A stretch of 64,000 nt of DNA. Origin: Candidatus Fonsibacter sp. (GTDB lineage: Bacteria; Pseudomonadota; Alphaproteobacteria; Pelagibacterales; Pelagibacteraceae). The notes below the pieces were generated by a model, which worked only from the letters and a program-made list of their open reading frames with translations, searched no databases and was not told where the DNA came from. Position 1 is the first letter of the stretch; the number at the start of each line of letters is the position of its first letter. This document shows, in pieces, positions 20,160-29,475 of this stretch. The stretch covers positions 10,385 to 74,384 of the forward strand of contig JAYQPI010000002.1 in NCBI GenBank assembly GCA_038145245.1. The letters are read 5' to 3'. Both the position numbers and the translations under genes were made by a program.

Positions 20160-21080
20160 TTAAATCAATTGTGATGCTTTGGGAATTTTGTAACCTAATA
20201 AAAATTCTTTTACTTTTTGAATTTTCTTACCTGGTCTCTGGATTTCTAAGACTTGAACTGCAAAATCTTTACAGGCAATTAAAAGGTTATCATTAAGCGT
20301 CGTGCCAGTATTTCCTTTTTGATTTATAACTTCTGCTTTCCAAATCTTAATTCTTTCATTTTTAAAACTAAACCAAGCTCCTGGTGTTGGATTTAATGCA
20401 TTGATTTGTCGTACGATTTTATGTGCCTCATTATTCCAATTAATTTCCTCATCTTCATGAGTAATTTTTTTAGCATGTGTGGCTTTGGCGTGATCCTGTT
20501 CTTCAAATTTAGCTTTGTCTTCATCTATTAAATTGATAGCTTTAACTATTAATTTAGAGCCTAAAAGAGATAACTGGTTACTTAACAAACCGTAATTTAA
20601 CTGATTATTAATCTCAATCTTCTCGGATAACATTACAGGTCCTGAATCTAATCCTTTTTCAATTTTCATAATTGAAATTCCAGTAAATTCATCACCATTC
20701 ATAATTGCTCTTTGAATAGGTGCTGCGCCTCTCCAATGAGGTAATAAAGAAGCATGAATATTAATAAAACCTTTTTTAGATAAATTTAAAAAATTCTCAG
20801 GAATAATTTGTCCATAAGCAACAACAATCACTAAATCAGGTTCTATTTTTTTAAAAAAATCCAATTCTTCTTCATTTTTTAATGAACTAGGATAATGCAC
20901 TTTTAAATTATTCTTTTCCGCTTCTAAATGAACTGGAGTTTTTTCAATTTTTAAACCTCTATTAGATTTTTTTGGCGGCTGCGTATAAACGTGAACAATA
21001 TCTAAGTTTTTTTTAATTAATTCTTTCAAAACAGGAACAGCAAATTCTGGTGTTCCCATGAAAATTATTTTTAATGACAT
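20160..21080 (-). CDS. fmt: Methionyl-tRNA formyltransferase
   Basis: FMGTPEFA, VVAYGQI, INIHASLLP.WRGAAPIQRAI. Confidence 0.96.
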   Translation of the reverse strand: MSLKIIFMGTPEFAVPVLKELIKKNLDIVHVYTQPPKKSNRGLKIEKTPVHLEAEKNNLKVHYPSSLKNEEELDFFKKIEPDLVIVVAYGQIIPENFLNLSKKGFINIHASLLPHWRGAAPIQRAIMNGDEFTGISIMKIEKGLDSGPVMLSEKIEINNQLNYGLLSNQLSLLGSKLIVKAINLIDEDKAKFEEQDHAKATHAKKITHEDEEINWNNEAHKIVRQINALNPTPGAWFSFKNERIKIWKAEVINQKGNTGTTLNDNLLIACKDFAVQVLEIQRPGKKIQKVKEFLLGYKIPKASQLI

Positions 21081-21087
21081 GGATTAC

Positions 21088-21618
21088 CTAAAAATTAATA
21101 TGATCTGAAACAGCTTCTTTTTTTGCTTTTGAAAGTTTTTTTAAAATAAAAGATCTCTTTAGTTTTGATAAGTAATCAATAAATAAAACTCCATTCAAAT
21201 GATCAATTTCATGTTGAATACAAGTTGAAAGTAATCCTTCCGCTTTTAGTAACTGTTCTTTTCCGTTTTGATCTAAATATTTTACATGACATTGTTCAGG
21301 TCTTTCTATTTCTGCAAATTGTTGAGGTAACGAAAGACAACCTTCTTCAAAAGTACATTTTGTTTTTGATGTCCAAACTATTTCTGGGTTTACAAAATAC
21401 ATTGGATTATTTGGCTCAGGTTCTTTCGCAATATCTATAACCACAACTCTTTTATGTACCCCAATTTGAACAGCAGCAAGACCAATTCCAGGAGCTGCAT
21501 ACATAGTCTCTAACATATCTTTCATGAGATTTTTAATTTCAAAATCTACTTTTTGAACCGGTTTTGATTTAATTCTTAATTGAGGATCCGGCTCTGTTAA
21601 GATTTGCCTAATAGTCAT
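21088..21618 (-). CDS. def: Peptide deformylase
   Basis: GIGLAAVQIG, EGCLS, QHEIDHLNG. Confidence 0.97.
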   Translation of the reverse strand: MTIRQILTEPDPQLRIKSKPVQKVDFEIKNLMKDMLETMYAAPGIGLAAVQIGVHKRVVVIDIAKEPEPNNPMYFVNPEIVWTSKTKCTFEEGCLSLPQQFAEIERPEQCHVKYLDQNGKEQLLKAEGLLSTCIQHEIDHLNGVLFIDYLSKLKRSFILKKLSKAKKEAVSDHINF

Positions 21619-21662
21619 AATGAAAAAATACTAAATCTACTTAATTAATCAAGCGCTTGATA

Positions 21663-22271
21663 CTAATCGGTATTTAAAGAACTACGATATTTAAATGCTG
21701 AAAATAATGTTCCGTCATCTAAATATTCGATCTCACCACCCACTGGCAAGCCGTGTGCTAACTTAGTAACTTTAACATTTAAATTTTTAATACTATCTTT
21801 GATATAGTGTGCTGTTGTTTGGCCTTCGATTGTAGCGCTTGTTGCGAGGATAACTTCTTTTACTGAGTTCGCTTTAATTCTATTAACTAATGAACCAATT
21901 AAAAGATCTTCTGGATTTATTCCATTAATTGCCGAGAGAGTTCCTCCTAAAATATGGTACTGGCCACTATAAACATTAGTGCTCTCAAGAGCCCACATAT
22001 CTGCAACATTTTCTACAACGCAAATTTGTTCATAATTATTCTTATTACTGCAATTACACTCAATTTTATTCGTTTTAAAATTTCCACAAAGATTACAACG
22101 AGCAACATTTTGATAAACTTTATCTAAAGCACCAGATAGTGGTTTCATGATATTATCTCTGTTTTTAAGAAGATAAAGAGCAATACGTCTTGCAGACTTA
22201 GGTCCTAAACCTGGAAGTTTTGCAATCAGAAACATTAAAGTTTCTAAGTCTGGATGAGAATTATTTTTCAT
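21663..22271 (-). CDS. recR: Recombination mediator RecR
   Basis: LPGLGPKSARR, Cys cluster, TOPRIM (EGQTTA), GLPVGGEIEYLD. Confidence 0.95.
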   Translation of the reverse strand: MKNNSHPDLETLMFLIAKLPGLGPKSARRIALYLLKNRDNIMKPLSGALDKVYQNVARCNLCGNFKTNKIECNCSNKNNYEQICVVENVADMWALESTNVYSGQYHILGGTLSAINGINPEDLLIGSLVNRIKANSVKEVILATSATIEGQTTAHYIKDSIKNLNVKVTKLAHGLPVGGEIEYLDDGTLFSAFKYRSSLNTD

Positions 22272-22273
22272 TA

Positions 22274-22591
22274 CTAAAAAGGAAGTTTAAATCCTGGAGG
22301 CAATTTTAAACCACCAGTTATTTTTGACATTTCTTCTGATGATTTAATCTCAACTTCTTTTTTAGCATTATTAGTAGCAATTATAATTAAATCTTCTAAA
22401 ACTTCTTTTTCTTCTGCCATTAACTTTGGATCAATATCTATTTTGATCATTTCATAATTTCCATTCAAAATTACTTTCACAGCACCATTATTTGCAACTC
22501 CCTCTACCTGAATATTCTTGAGTGAGGCTTTTGCTTCCATCATTTTTTGCTGCATCTCCTGCGCTTTTTTTAACATTCCACCAAAATCCAT
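22274..22591 (-). CDS. ybaB: YbaB/EbfC nucleoid-associated protein
   Basis: KAQEMQQKM, LEDLI, TGGLKLP; lies between dnaX and recR. Confidence 0.93.
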   Translation of the reverse strand: MDFGGMLKKAQEMQQKMMEAKASLKNIQVEGVANNGAVKVILNGNYEMIKIDIDPKLMAEEKEVLEDLIIIATNNAKKEVEIKSSEEMSKITGGLKLPPGFKLPF

Positions 22592-24285
22592 TATTTGATC
22601 TCCTCTACATCACTAAGCTCTGCGTCTGGAAAGTTTTCCTTTATCTTTTTGTAAACTTCACTTTCAAGCGCATCTTGTAATAATTTTTTTTTGTAAATCT
22701 CTTTATTCTCAAAAATTGTATTTTTTCCAGCTTCTTTCGATAAAGAGATTATCCATCTTTCACCTGTCCACAATTTAAGTTTTTCTGTTAAATTTCTTAC
22801 AAAATTTTTAGATAATTTTTCATTAAACGAAATATCAATTTTTCCAGTCTCGAATTTTACTACTCGAACATTTCTTTCTAAATCAAACTTTAATTCAATT
22901 TCTTTTTTATCATTGGCAATTTGTACTAATTTTTCAAATGAATTAATTATTTCAATTTTTTTAACTTCTTGTTTTTTTTCTAAAATTTTTGGATTTCGAT
23001 CTATGTCATCTTCTTTTTCTTGAAGAATACTCTTAATTTGTGTTTTTGCTGAGGTTTGTTTATTAATAATTGTTCCTGATTTAATTTCATTAAACTCATC
23101 CTTTTTTTCATTCGACCCTGCTATTGCATTTGTATCTGAGTTTAAAACCTCTTCGATTACCTGTTCAGGACTTGGCAAATCCTTTAAATGAATTAGTCTC
23201 ATAATTAACATTTGGAAAGAAAGAAAATGATTTGGGACAAAATTTAATTCTTCAATTCCTTTAAGAATAAATTGCCAAATCATCGAAATGTATGAAAAAT
23301 CAATATCTTTAGATAGTTTAAAGATTAAATCAGATTCAGACTCTGAAACTGTTAGATCATTTTCAATTTTACCAAAACTTTTACTTCTAGAAATTAAATA
23401 AATAACTTCTAACATGTCTTGTAAGACTAACTTTGAATCAGCTCCTAAATCAAATATTTCCTGGACATCCTGTAGAGCTTTTTCTTTATCACCATTAATT
23501 ACATAGCGTACAAGATCAATAATTCTTGAACGATCAGCTATACCTAACATTGTTCTAACTGATTTTTCATTAATCTCTTCTCCTAAAACATTAAATGTTG
23601 AAATAGCCTGATCTAATATAGATAGCGCATCTCTTACTGAGCCTTCCGATGCTTTTGCGATCATCATCAATGCCTTTTCATTAACTTTGGCTTTTTCTTT
23701 ATCAGAAATCTTCTTTAAGAAAGAAATCATTTCTTCAAGTTTGATTCTTCTTAAATCAAATCTTTGACATCTCGAGATAATAGTTAGTGGTATTTTTTTA
23801 ACTTCAGTAGTTGCTAATATAAATTTAAGATGAGGAGGAGGTTCTTCTAAAGTTTTAAGTAGGCCATTAAATGCTTGTTTTGATAACATATGAACTTCAT
23901 CAATAATGAAAACTTTATATTTAGCACTTGTAGGATAATATTTAGCAGAATCAATTAATTCTCTAATGTCATCAATTCCAGTTTTAGAAGCGGCATCCAT
24001 TTCTAAAACATCGATATGATTTGAATCTGTTATAGCTTCACAATGACAAAAGCCTTCACACTTTTTTTGTAAAGTTTCAATATTTTTACAATTAATAGCT
24101 TTAGCAATTATTCTTGCAGTCGTCGTTTTTCCAACGCCTCTAATTCCTGTTAATAAATAAGCATTAGGAATACGATCTAATTTAATCGCATTTTTAATAA
24201 TTTGTACCATCACATCTTGACCTATAACTTCATCAAAACTTTGTGGTCGATACTTTAGAGCTAAACCTTTATGATTATTTTCCAT
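22591..24285 (-). CDS. dnaX: DNA polymerase III subunit tau/gamma
   Basis: KYRPQSF, GVGKTT, DAAS, DEVHML, LLKTLEEPP, SRCQRF. Confidence 0.96.
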   Translation of the reverse strand: MENNHKGLALKYRPQSFDEVIGQDVMVQIIKNAIKLDRIPNAYLLTGIRGVGKTTTARIIAKAINCKNIETLQKKCEGFCHCEAITDSNHIDVLEMDAASKTGIDDIRELIDSAKYYPTSAKYKVFIIDEVHMLSKQAFNGLLKTLEEPPPHLKFILATTEVKKIPLTIISRCQRFDLRRIKLEEMISFLKKISDKEKAKVNEKALMMIAKASEGSVRDALSILDQAISTFNVLGEEINEKSVRTMLGIADRSRIIDLVRYVINGDKEKALQDVQEIFDLGADSKLVLQDMLEVIYLISRSKSFGKIENDLTVSESESDLIFKLSKDIDFSYISMIWQFILKGIEELNFVPNHFLSFQMLIMRLIHLKDLPSPEQVIEEVLNSDTNAIAGSNEKKDEFNEIKSGTIINKQTSAKTQIKSILQEKEDDIDRNPKILEKKQEVKKIEIINSFEKLVQIANDKKEIELKFDLERNVRVVKFETGKIDISFNEKLSKNFVRNLTEKLKLWTGERWIISLSKEAGKNTIFENKEIYKKKLLQDALESEVYKKIKENFPDAELSDVEEIK

Positions 24286-24292
24286 AAAAAAC

Positions 24293-24386
24293 GGGAGACT
24301 GAGGACAACCTGAAAAATTATCGTTACGGCTGCTTCTTTTCAGACCTGACCGGATTAGCGTAATCTCCACCTGCCACCAATCTCCC
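24293..24386 (-). ncRNA. ffs: SRP RNA (4.5S)
   Basis: Minus strand GGGAGA...GGTCAGGTCTGAAAAGAAGCAGCC...TCTCCC: helix-8 signature with paired termini, immediately upstream of dnaX. Confidence 0.9.
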
Positions 24387-24434
24387 AAAATATTATAACA
24401 AGATAATTAAAAAAAAACGACAGCTATAATAATT

Positions 24435-25271
24435 TTAATATCTAAATGAATTAGCAAAATAAACACCTAAAATGTCTAATTTTTCAGTATGTTCTTTTAA
24501 AATAGTTAAAGCCTTTTTTACTGATAAATTTTCAATATGCCCTTCAATATCAAGATAAAAACTTGCTTGCTTAAAAGAATTTCCAGTTGAAAAACTTTCA
24601 AGCTTTGTAAGATTAACTTTATTTTCAGCAAAGCCTCCTAATGCCTTATGTAAAGCCGACGGCACGCTTTTTAAACGAAAAATGCAAGAAGTGATATATT
24701 TCTTATTTTTTTTATATGGTTTTGGTCTTGCTGAACCAGACATAATTAAAAACCTAGTAACGTTGCCTTTTAAATCTTCAAAATTTTTCTTTAAGATTTT
24801 AAGCCCATAAATCTTTGCGGCAAGTGCTGATGCTATAGCTGACTCAGTTTCTATTTGATTTTCAGAAATATATTTTGCAGAGCCAGCGGTATCAGCCGCT
24901 ACGATTGGCTGTAATCTTAATTTATGAATATTTTTCTTACATTGACCAATAGCCTGGGCGTGACTTCTTACCGTTTCTATTTTTTTTATGGAAGCATCTT
25001 TTAATCCTAACAAACAATGTTCAACTTTTTGAAAATGTTCTCCTTCTATTTTTAATCTAGAAGAAGATAATAAATAATGAACGTCCGCAACTCTGCCTGC
25101 AATAGAATTCTCGATCGGAATTAATAATTTGCTATTTTTAATAATTTTTGTTTTAGTAAAAGCATCCTCAAAAGTTTTGCAACATATCATAGTAGGATTT
25201 TTAAAGATCTTTGCTGCAGCTAAATGCGAATAAGCGCCTTGTTCTCCTTGAATAATTATTTTATTAGTCAT
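24435..25271 (-). CDS. pheA: Prephenate dehydratase
   Basis: QGEQGAYS, PIENSIAG, SHAQA..QC, NVTRF, ACT domain (NLTKLES). Confidence 0.92.
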   Translation of the reverse strand: MTNKIIIQGEQGAYSHLAAAKIFKNPTMICCKTFEDAFTKTKIIKNSKLLIPIENSIAGRVADVHYLLSSSRLKIEGEHFQKVEHCLLGLKDASIKKIETVRSHAQAIGQCKKNIHKLRLQPIVAADTAGSAKYISENQIETESAIASALAAKIYGLKILKKNFEDLKGNVTRFLIMSGSARPKPYKKNKKYITSCIFRLKSVPSALHKALGGFAENKVNLTKLESFSTGNSFKQASFYLDIEGHIENLSVKKALTILKEHTEKLDILGVYFANSFRY

Positions 25272-26001
25272 TTTTCATAATATTTCTTATTTCTTCCAAA
25301 TCTTCAATAGTATCTACTCCTAATGGATAAGAATCTGTCAAACCAACACTTATGGATATTTTATTATCCATAGCGCGCATTTGTTCTAAACTTCTGCTAA
25401 TTTCATTATCGCTTCTTTTTAAAGAAATAAATTTTTTTAATGTTTCGTATTGATAACCATAAATACCAACATGATGATAATAAAAACTATATTCATTTAT
25501 AATTTTCGATCTAAAAAAATCTAATGCATCATTAAAATTATTTATTTCGATTTCTTTTTTAGTTTCAACTTTTACAATATTTTTATTATCTAAATCTTTT
25601 ATAGAATTTAATTTTGTAGCAAGAGTTGCAATCCGATAAGAATTATTTTTCATAAATTTATCTAATAATTTTATTGCTGAAGGATTAATATTTGGCATGT
25701 CCCCTTGTAGATTGATAATATTCTTTGGTTTTTGAGAAAAATTTTTTTCTATAGCTTCAAAAATTCTATCAGAGCCTGTTTTGTGTTCTTTACTTGTTAG
25801 GATACTTTTGCCGCCAGCATCTTTTATAACTTTTGCAATTTCGCTATCTGCTGTAGCAACATATACATCGCCTATTTTACTATCGACTGCCCTTTCCCAA
25901 CAATGAACAATCATAGGTTTATTATTAATTAACAATAATGGTTTATTAGGCAGTCTTGTTGCTCGTAAATGGCTTGGTATTAAAATAACTGTATTGTTCA
26001 T
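25264..26001 (-). CDS. kdsB: CMP-KDO synthetase
   Basis: ATRLPNKPL, TGSDRI, NLQGD.P, HVGIYGY, LEQMRA, GVDT. Confidence 0.93.
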   Translation of the reverse strand: MNNTVILIPSHLRATRLPNKPLLLINNKPMIVHCWERAVDSKIGDVYVATADSEIAKVIKDAGGKSILTSKEHKTGSDRIFEAIEKNFSQKPKNIINLQGDMPNINPSAIKLLDKFMKNNSYRIATLATKLNSIKDLDNKNIVKVETKKEIEINNFNDALDFFRSKIINEYSFYYHHVGIYGYQYETLKKFISLKRSDNEISRSLEQMRAMDNKISISVGLTDSYPLGVDTIEDLEEIRNIMKND

Positions 26002-26013
26002 AATTAAAATTAT

Positions 26014-26028
26014 GCGACTGTAAGACGC
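26014..26028. promoter_or_regulatory. Candidate RegA/RegR-type site upstream of cytochrome c
   Basis: GCGAC-TGTAA-GACGC inside the inverted repeat TTATGCG-N9-CGCATAA. Confidence 0.5.
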
Positions 26029-26107
26029 ATAAAATAGATTTTAAAAAATTTTTTTTACTTTAAAGATTATGATGTTATACAATTTACATTATAAAAATCA
26101 CTAGAAT

Positions 26108-26629
26108 ATGGACAGTTTTGAATTTAATAAAATTGCTGCAGCGGTACTAGTCGTTGCTTTATTGATAATTGGTTTAAATCAAATTGCAGATTCTATTTAT
26201 CACGTAAAAAAACCTGAGACTCAAGGTTACAAAATAGAAGGTGTAGTGGAAACAAAAACTGCGTCTAAAGGTGAAGCAAAAAAAGAGGAAAAGTTAGCAG
26301 ATATAAAAGTTTTATTAGCAACAGCAAACGTTGCTGCTGGAGAGAACGCATTTAAGAAATGTGCAGCTTGTCATACTAATGTAAGTGGTGGTGCATCAAA
26401 AATTGGTCCTCCGCTGTGGGCTATTGTTGGTAAAAAATCTGCTTCACATCCAGAATTTAAATATTCCTCTGCACTTGCCGCTCATGGAAAACCTTGGACA
26501 GTAGAAGAACTAAATGCATTTTTGTATAAACCGGCCGATTACATTAAAGGAACTAAAATGGCCTTTGCTGGTATTGCAAAAGATGAAGAGAGAGCAAGTT
26601 TAATTGCATATTTAAGTACGCTTAAATAG
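26108..26629 (+). CDS. cycM: Membrane-anchored cytochrome c (cM/cy type)
   Basis: MDSFEFNKIAAA anchor, CAACH heme motif, GP.L, GTKMAF. Confidence 0.88.
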   Translation: MDSFEFNKIAAAVLVVALLIIGLNQIADSIYHVKKPETQGYKIEGVVETKTASKGEAKKEEKLADIKVLLATANVAAGENAFKKCAACHTNVSGGASKIGPPLWAIVGKKSASHPEFKYSSALAAHGKPWTVEELNAFLYKPADYIKGTKMAFAGIAKDEERASLIAYLSTLK

Positions 26630-26671
26630 TTTTCTTTAAATTCTCCATAAAAAAAAATAAATTACTTTCTG

Positions 26672-28147
26672 ATGTCATTTTCTTATTTAAGTCCACTTTT
26701 AAATCCTAAATCATTAAGAATGTTATTTCTTGGTTTTGCTGCTGGTCTACCTTTGCTACTAATTTTTTCTACATTATCTGTATGGTTATTCAAAGCTGGA
26801 GTGAATAGAGCAACTATAACTTTATTCAGTTGGGTTGGCTTTGCATATTCTTTCAAATTTATTTGGACACCCGTAGTTGATAATTTAAAATTACCAATAT
26901 TAGGAAAATTAGGACACAGAAGAGGTTGGTTATTGCTATCTCAATTAATGATTATCCTCTCATTAATTTTCATTTCTTTTACAGATCCAAAAACTTCTTT
27001 GATATGCACAGCGATAGGAGCAATATTTATTGCATTCTCAAGTGCAACTCAGGACATCGTATTAGATGCTTTTAGAATTGAGTCTGTGCCTAAAAGCTTA
27101 CAAGGCGCACTATCTTCAATGTACTTAACTGGTTACCGCATAGCCATGATTGTTGCTGGAGCAGGAAGTTTATGGATTGCATCATTCTTAGGAACTGAAG
27201 TTTATGATCAAAAAGTTTGGCAACAAGTTTATCAAATAATGGCTTTGCTTATGCTATTTGGAGTTCTAACTGTTTTTTATTCTTCTGAGCCAAAAATAAA
27301 AAGAAATATTGAAAAAAAATCTAACCAAAAAATTAGATTTTTTATTGCTTTCTTATTTTCTTTAGCAGGATTTATTTTGTGTTATTTATATTTTAAAGAT
27401 TTATTTGATAGCAAAGATCCTATTGTTAGTTTTTTAAATGAATTTATTAAAATCATTTTTTGTTTCTTAATATTTTCTTTAATTTTATTTTTATTAATTA
27501 AAATAAAATTTATTAACAAAGAAATTACAAAAAATGCTTATGCAAAACCTGTTCTTGATTTCCTAAAAAGATATGGATCTAAAGCAACATCAATCTTACT
27601 TTTAATCGGATTATATAGAATCTCAGATGTAGTACTGGGCGTCATGGCCAATGTTTTTTATATAGAAAAAGGTTTTTCAGTTGCAGAAATTGCAACCTAC
27701 TCAAAATTCTTTGGAACGATGGCAACTATAATTGGCGGGATTATTGGTGGCCTAGCCTCTGTTCATCTAGGTATAATGAGATCATTATTTATTGGCGCAT
27801 TAATTTCAGCATTGAGTAATCTTTTATTTGCTTGGCTAGCACTTATTACTGCTGACGTTAAAATCTTAGCATTTGTCATTACTGCAGATAATATTGCAAG
27901 TGGCTTTGCTGGAGCTACATTTATAGTTTATCTTTCAGCACTAACCTCAATAAAATTTACAGCAACACAATACGCACTTTTTAGCTCAGCAATGTTATTC
28001 TTGCCTAAACTTATTGCTGGTTATGCTGGCAGTTTTGTAAATTTTTTTGGATACTCGACATTCTTTATATTCACTGCAATCATTGGCGTTCCAGTTCTTT
28101 TTCTAATAATGTGGATAAACAAGAATGTAAAAATTAGTAAAAAATGA
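26672..28147 (+). CDS. ampG: AmpG muropeptide permease
   Basis: LGFAAGLP, KFIWTPVVD, RRGWLL, SATQDIVLDAFRIE, ATQYALFSS. Confidence 0.92.
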   Translation: MSFSYLSPLLNPKSLRMLFLGFAAGLPLLLIFSTLSVWLFKAGVNRATITLFSWVGFAYSFKFIWTPVVDNLKLPILGKLGHRRGWLLLSQLMIILSLIFISFTDPKTSLICTAIGAIFIAFSSATQDIVLDAFRIESVPKSLQGALSSMYLTGYRIAMIVAGAGSLWIASFLGTEVYDQKVWQQVYQIMALLMLFGVLTVFYSSEPKIKRNIEKKSNQKIRFFIAFLFSLAGFILCYLYFKDLFDSKDPIVSFLNEFIKIIFCFLIFSLILFLLIKIKFINKEITKNAYAKPVLDFLKRYGSKATSILLLIGLYRISDVVLGVMANVFYIEKGFSVAEIATYSKFFGTMATIIGGIIGGLASVHLGIMRSLFIGALISALSNLLFAWLALITADVKILAFVITADNIASGFAGATFIVYLSALTSIKFTATQYALFSSAMLFLPKLIAGYAGSFVNFFGYSTFFIFTAIIGVPVLFLIMWINKNVKISKK

Positions 28148-28182
28148 TTTACACTAATAATAATGAAGCATATACCTCGCTT

Positions 28183-28542
28183 GTGAAAAAAATATTACTA
28201 TCTACTATTTTAGCTTTGCTAATCTGCAATACAGTTTCGGCGCAAAAATCTCCATTTCCATTAAAGCGACAAGATTATTTAGATGCAAATAAAAAAGAAT
28301 TAGAAAAAATTTTTAATAGCATTGATAAAGATGGTGATGGAAAAATTACAAAAGAAGAATTTTATGCAAATCCTTTAAAAGATGCAGCTGCAAGATTTGA
28401 TAATACTGACACTAATAAAGACGGTATAGTTACTTTAGAAGAAGAAAATGCAGCAATCGCTAAATTAAAAAAATTAGAAGCTGACGCTAAGAAGAAACAG
28501 GCAGAGCAAAAAAAAGAGCAGGCTCCAGCACCAAAAAAATAG
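28183..28542 (+). CDS. Secreted EF-hand domain protein
   Basis: Signal peptide from GTG 28183 (KKILLSTILALLICNTVSA); loops DKDGDGKITKEE and DTNKDGIVTLEE; alternative ATG at 28144. Confidence 0.8.
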   Translation: MKKILLSTILALLICNTVSAQKSPFPLKRQDYLDANKKELEKIFNSIDKDGDGKITKEEFYANPLKDAAARFDNTDTNKDGIVTLEEENAAIAKLKKLEADAKKKQAEQKKEQAPAPKK

Positions 28543-28610
28543 TTTAATTTTAAAATATATTTTATTTATAAAGAGAATATCTGTTATTATTCCCACAGAT
28601 TTATAAGAAT

Positions 28611-29360
28611 ATGTTGCTTACAGTTAAGAGTCCCGTTGCAAACATTTACAAAAAAAATAATAAAAATTCTGAAATTGTTACTCAAATTCTTTTGGGAGAG
28701 AATTTTGTCGCTCAAAAAAAAATAAAAAATTTTTATAAAGGATATAAAGCTTATGACCAATATAAAGGTTTTATTGAAACAAAAGATTTATATCTGGATA
28801 AAGAAAAAAAAACACACAAGATTATTTCTAAAGATTGCAACCTATATAAAAAACCAAATAACAAATATAAAACAAATAATAAAATATTTTTTAATTCAAG
28901 AATATCTATTTTAAATAATGCAAATAATTTTATTCAAACAAATGTTGGATGGATTTTAAAAAAAAATATCAAACCAATAGATTTTAAAACTAAACATTTT
29001 CTTAATAATGTTAAATTCTATCTTAATACAAAATATCTATGGGGCGGCAACAGTCCTAAAGGGATAGATTGTTCGGCTTTAGTTCAAGAATTATTAAAAT
29101 TTAACAATATCTATAGTCCACGAGATTCTAAGGATCAAAAACAATTCTTTAAAAAAGAAATTACTTTCAAGAATATAAAAAAAGGAGATCTTTTATTTTG
29201 GAAGGGCCATGTCGCAATTGCATTAAACAATAAAAAATTAGTACATGCTTTTGGTGCTAAAAAAAAAGTAATTATCATGGGAATAAAAGAAACTATTAAA
29301 AAAATATATTCAAAATCTAAATTGCCACTATTGTGTGTTAAACGTATTAAAAATTTTTAA
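28611..29360 (+). CDS. NlpC/P60 (C40) peptidase with SH3-like N-terminus
   Basis: YLWGG...GIDCSALVQ, RDS, GDLLFWKGHVAI, HA. Confidence 0.9.
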   Translation: MLLTVKSPVANIYKKNNKNSEIVTQILLGENFVAQKKIKNFYKGYKAYDQYKGFIETKDLYLDKEKKTHKIISKDCNLYKKPNNKYKTNNKIFFNSRISILNNANNFIQTNVGWILKKNIKPIDFKTKHFLNNVKFYLNTKYLWGGNSPKGIDCSALVQELLKFNNIYSPRDSKDQKQFFKKEITFKNIKKGDLLFWKGHVAIALNNKKLVHAFGAKKKVIIMGIKETIKKIYSKSKLPLLCVKRIKNF

Positions 29361-29475
29361 TTAAATATTTAAAAAAATGAGAACATTTTTTCTGCTGATT
29401 CGGTCATATTTTAAGCCTGCTTTGTTCTTAGCTAATAACAATAGGTAGTATCTCGAAAAAAATTTAATACTAAAA

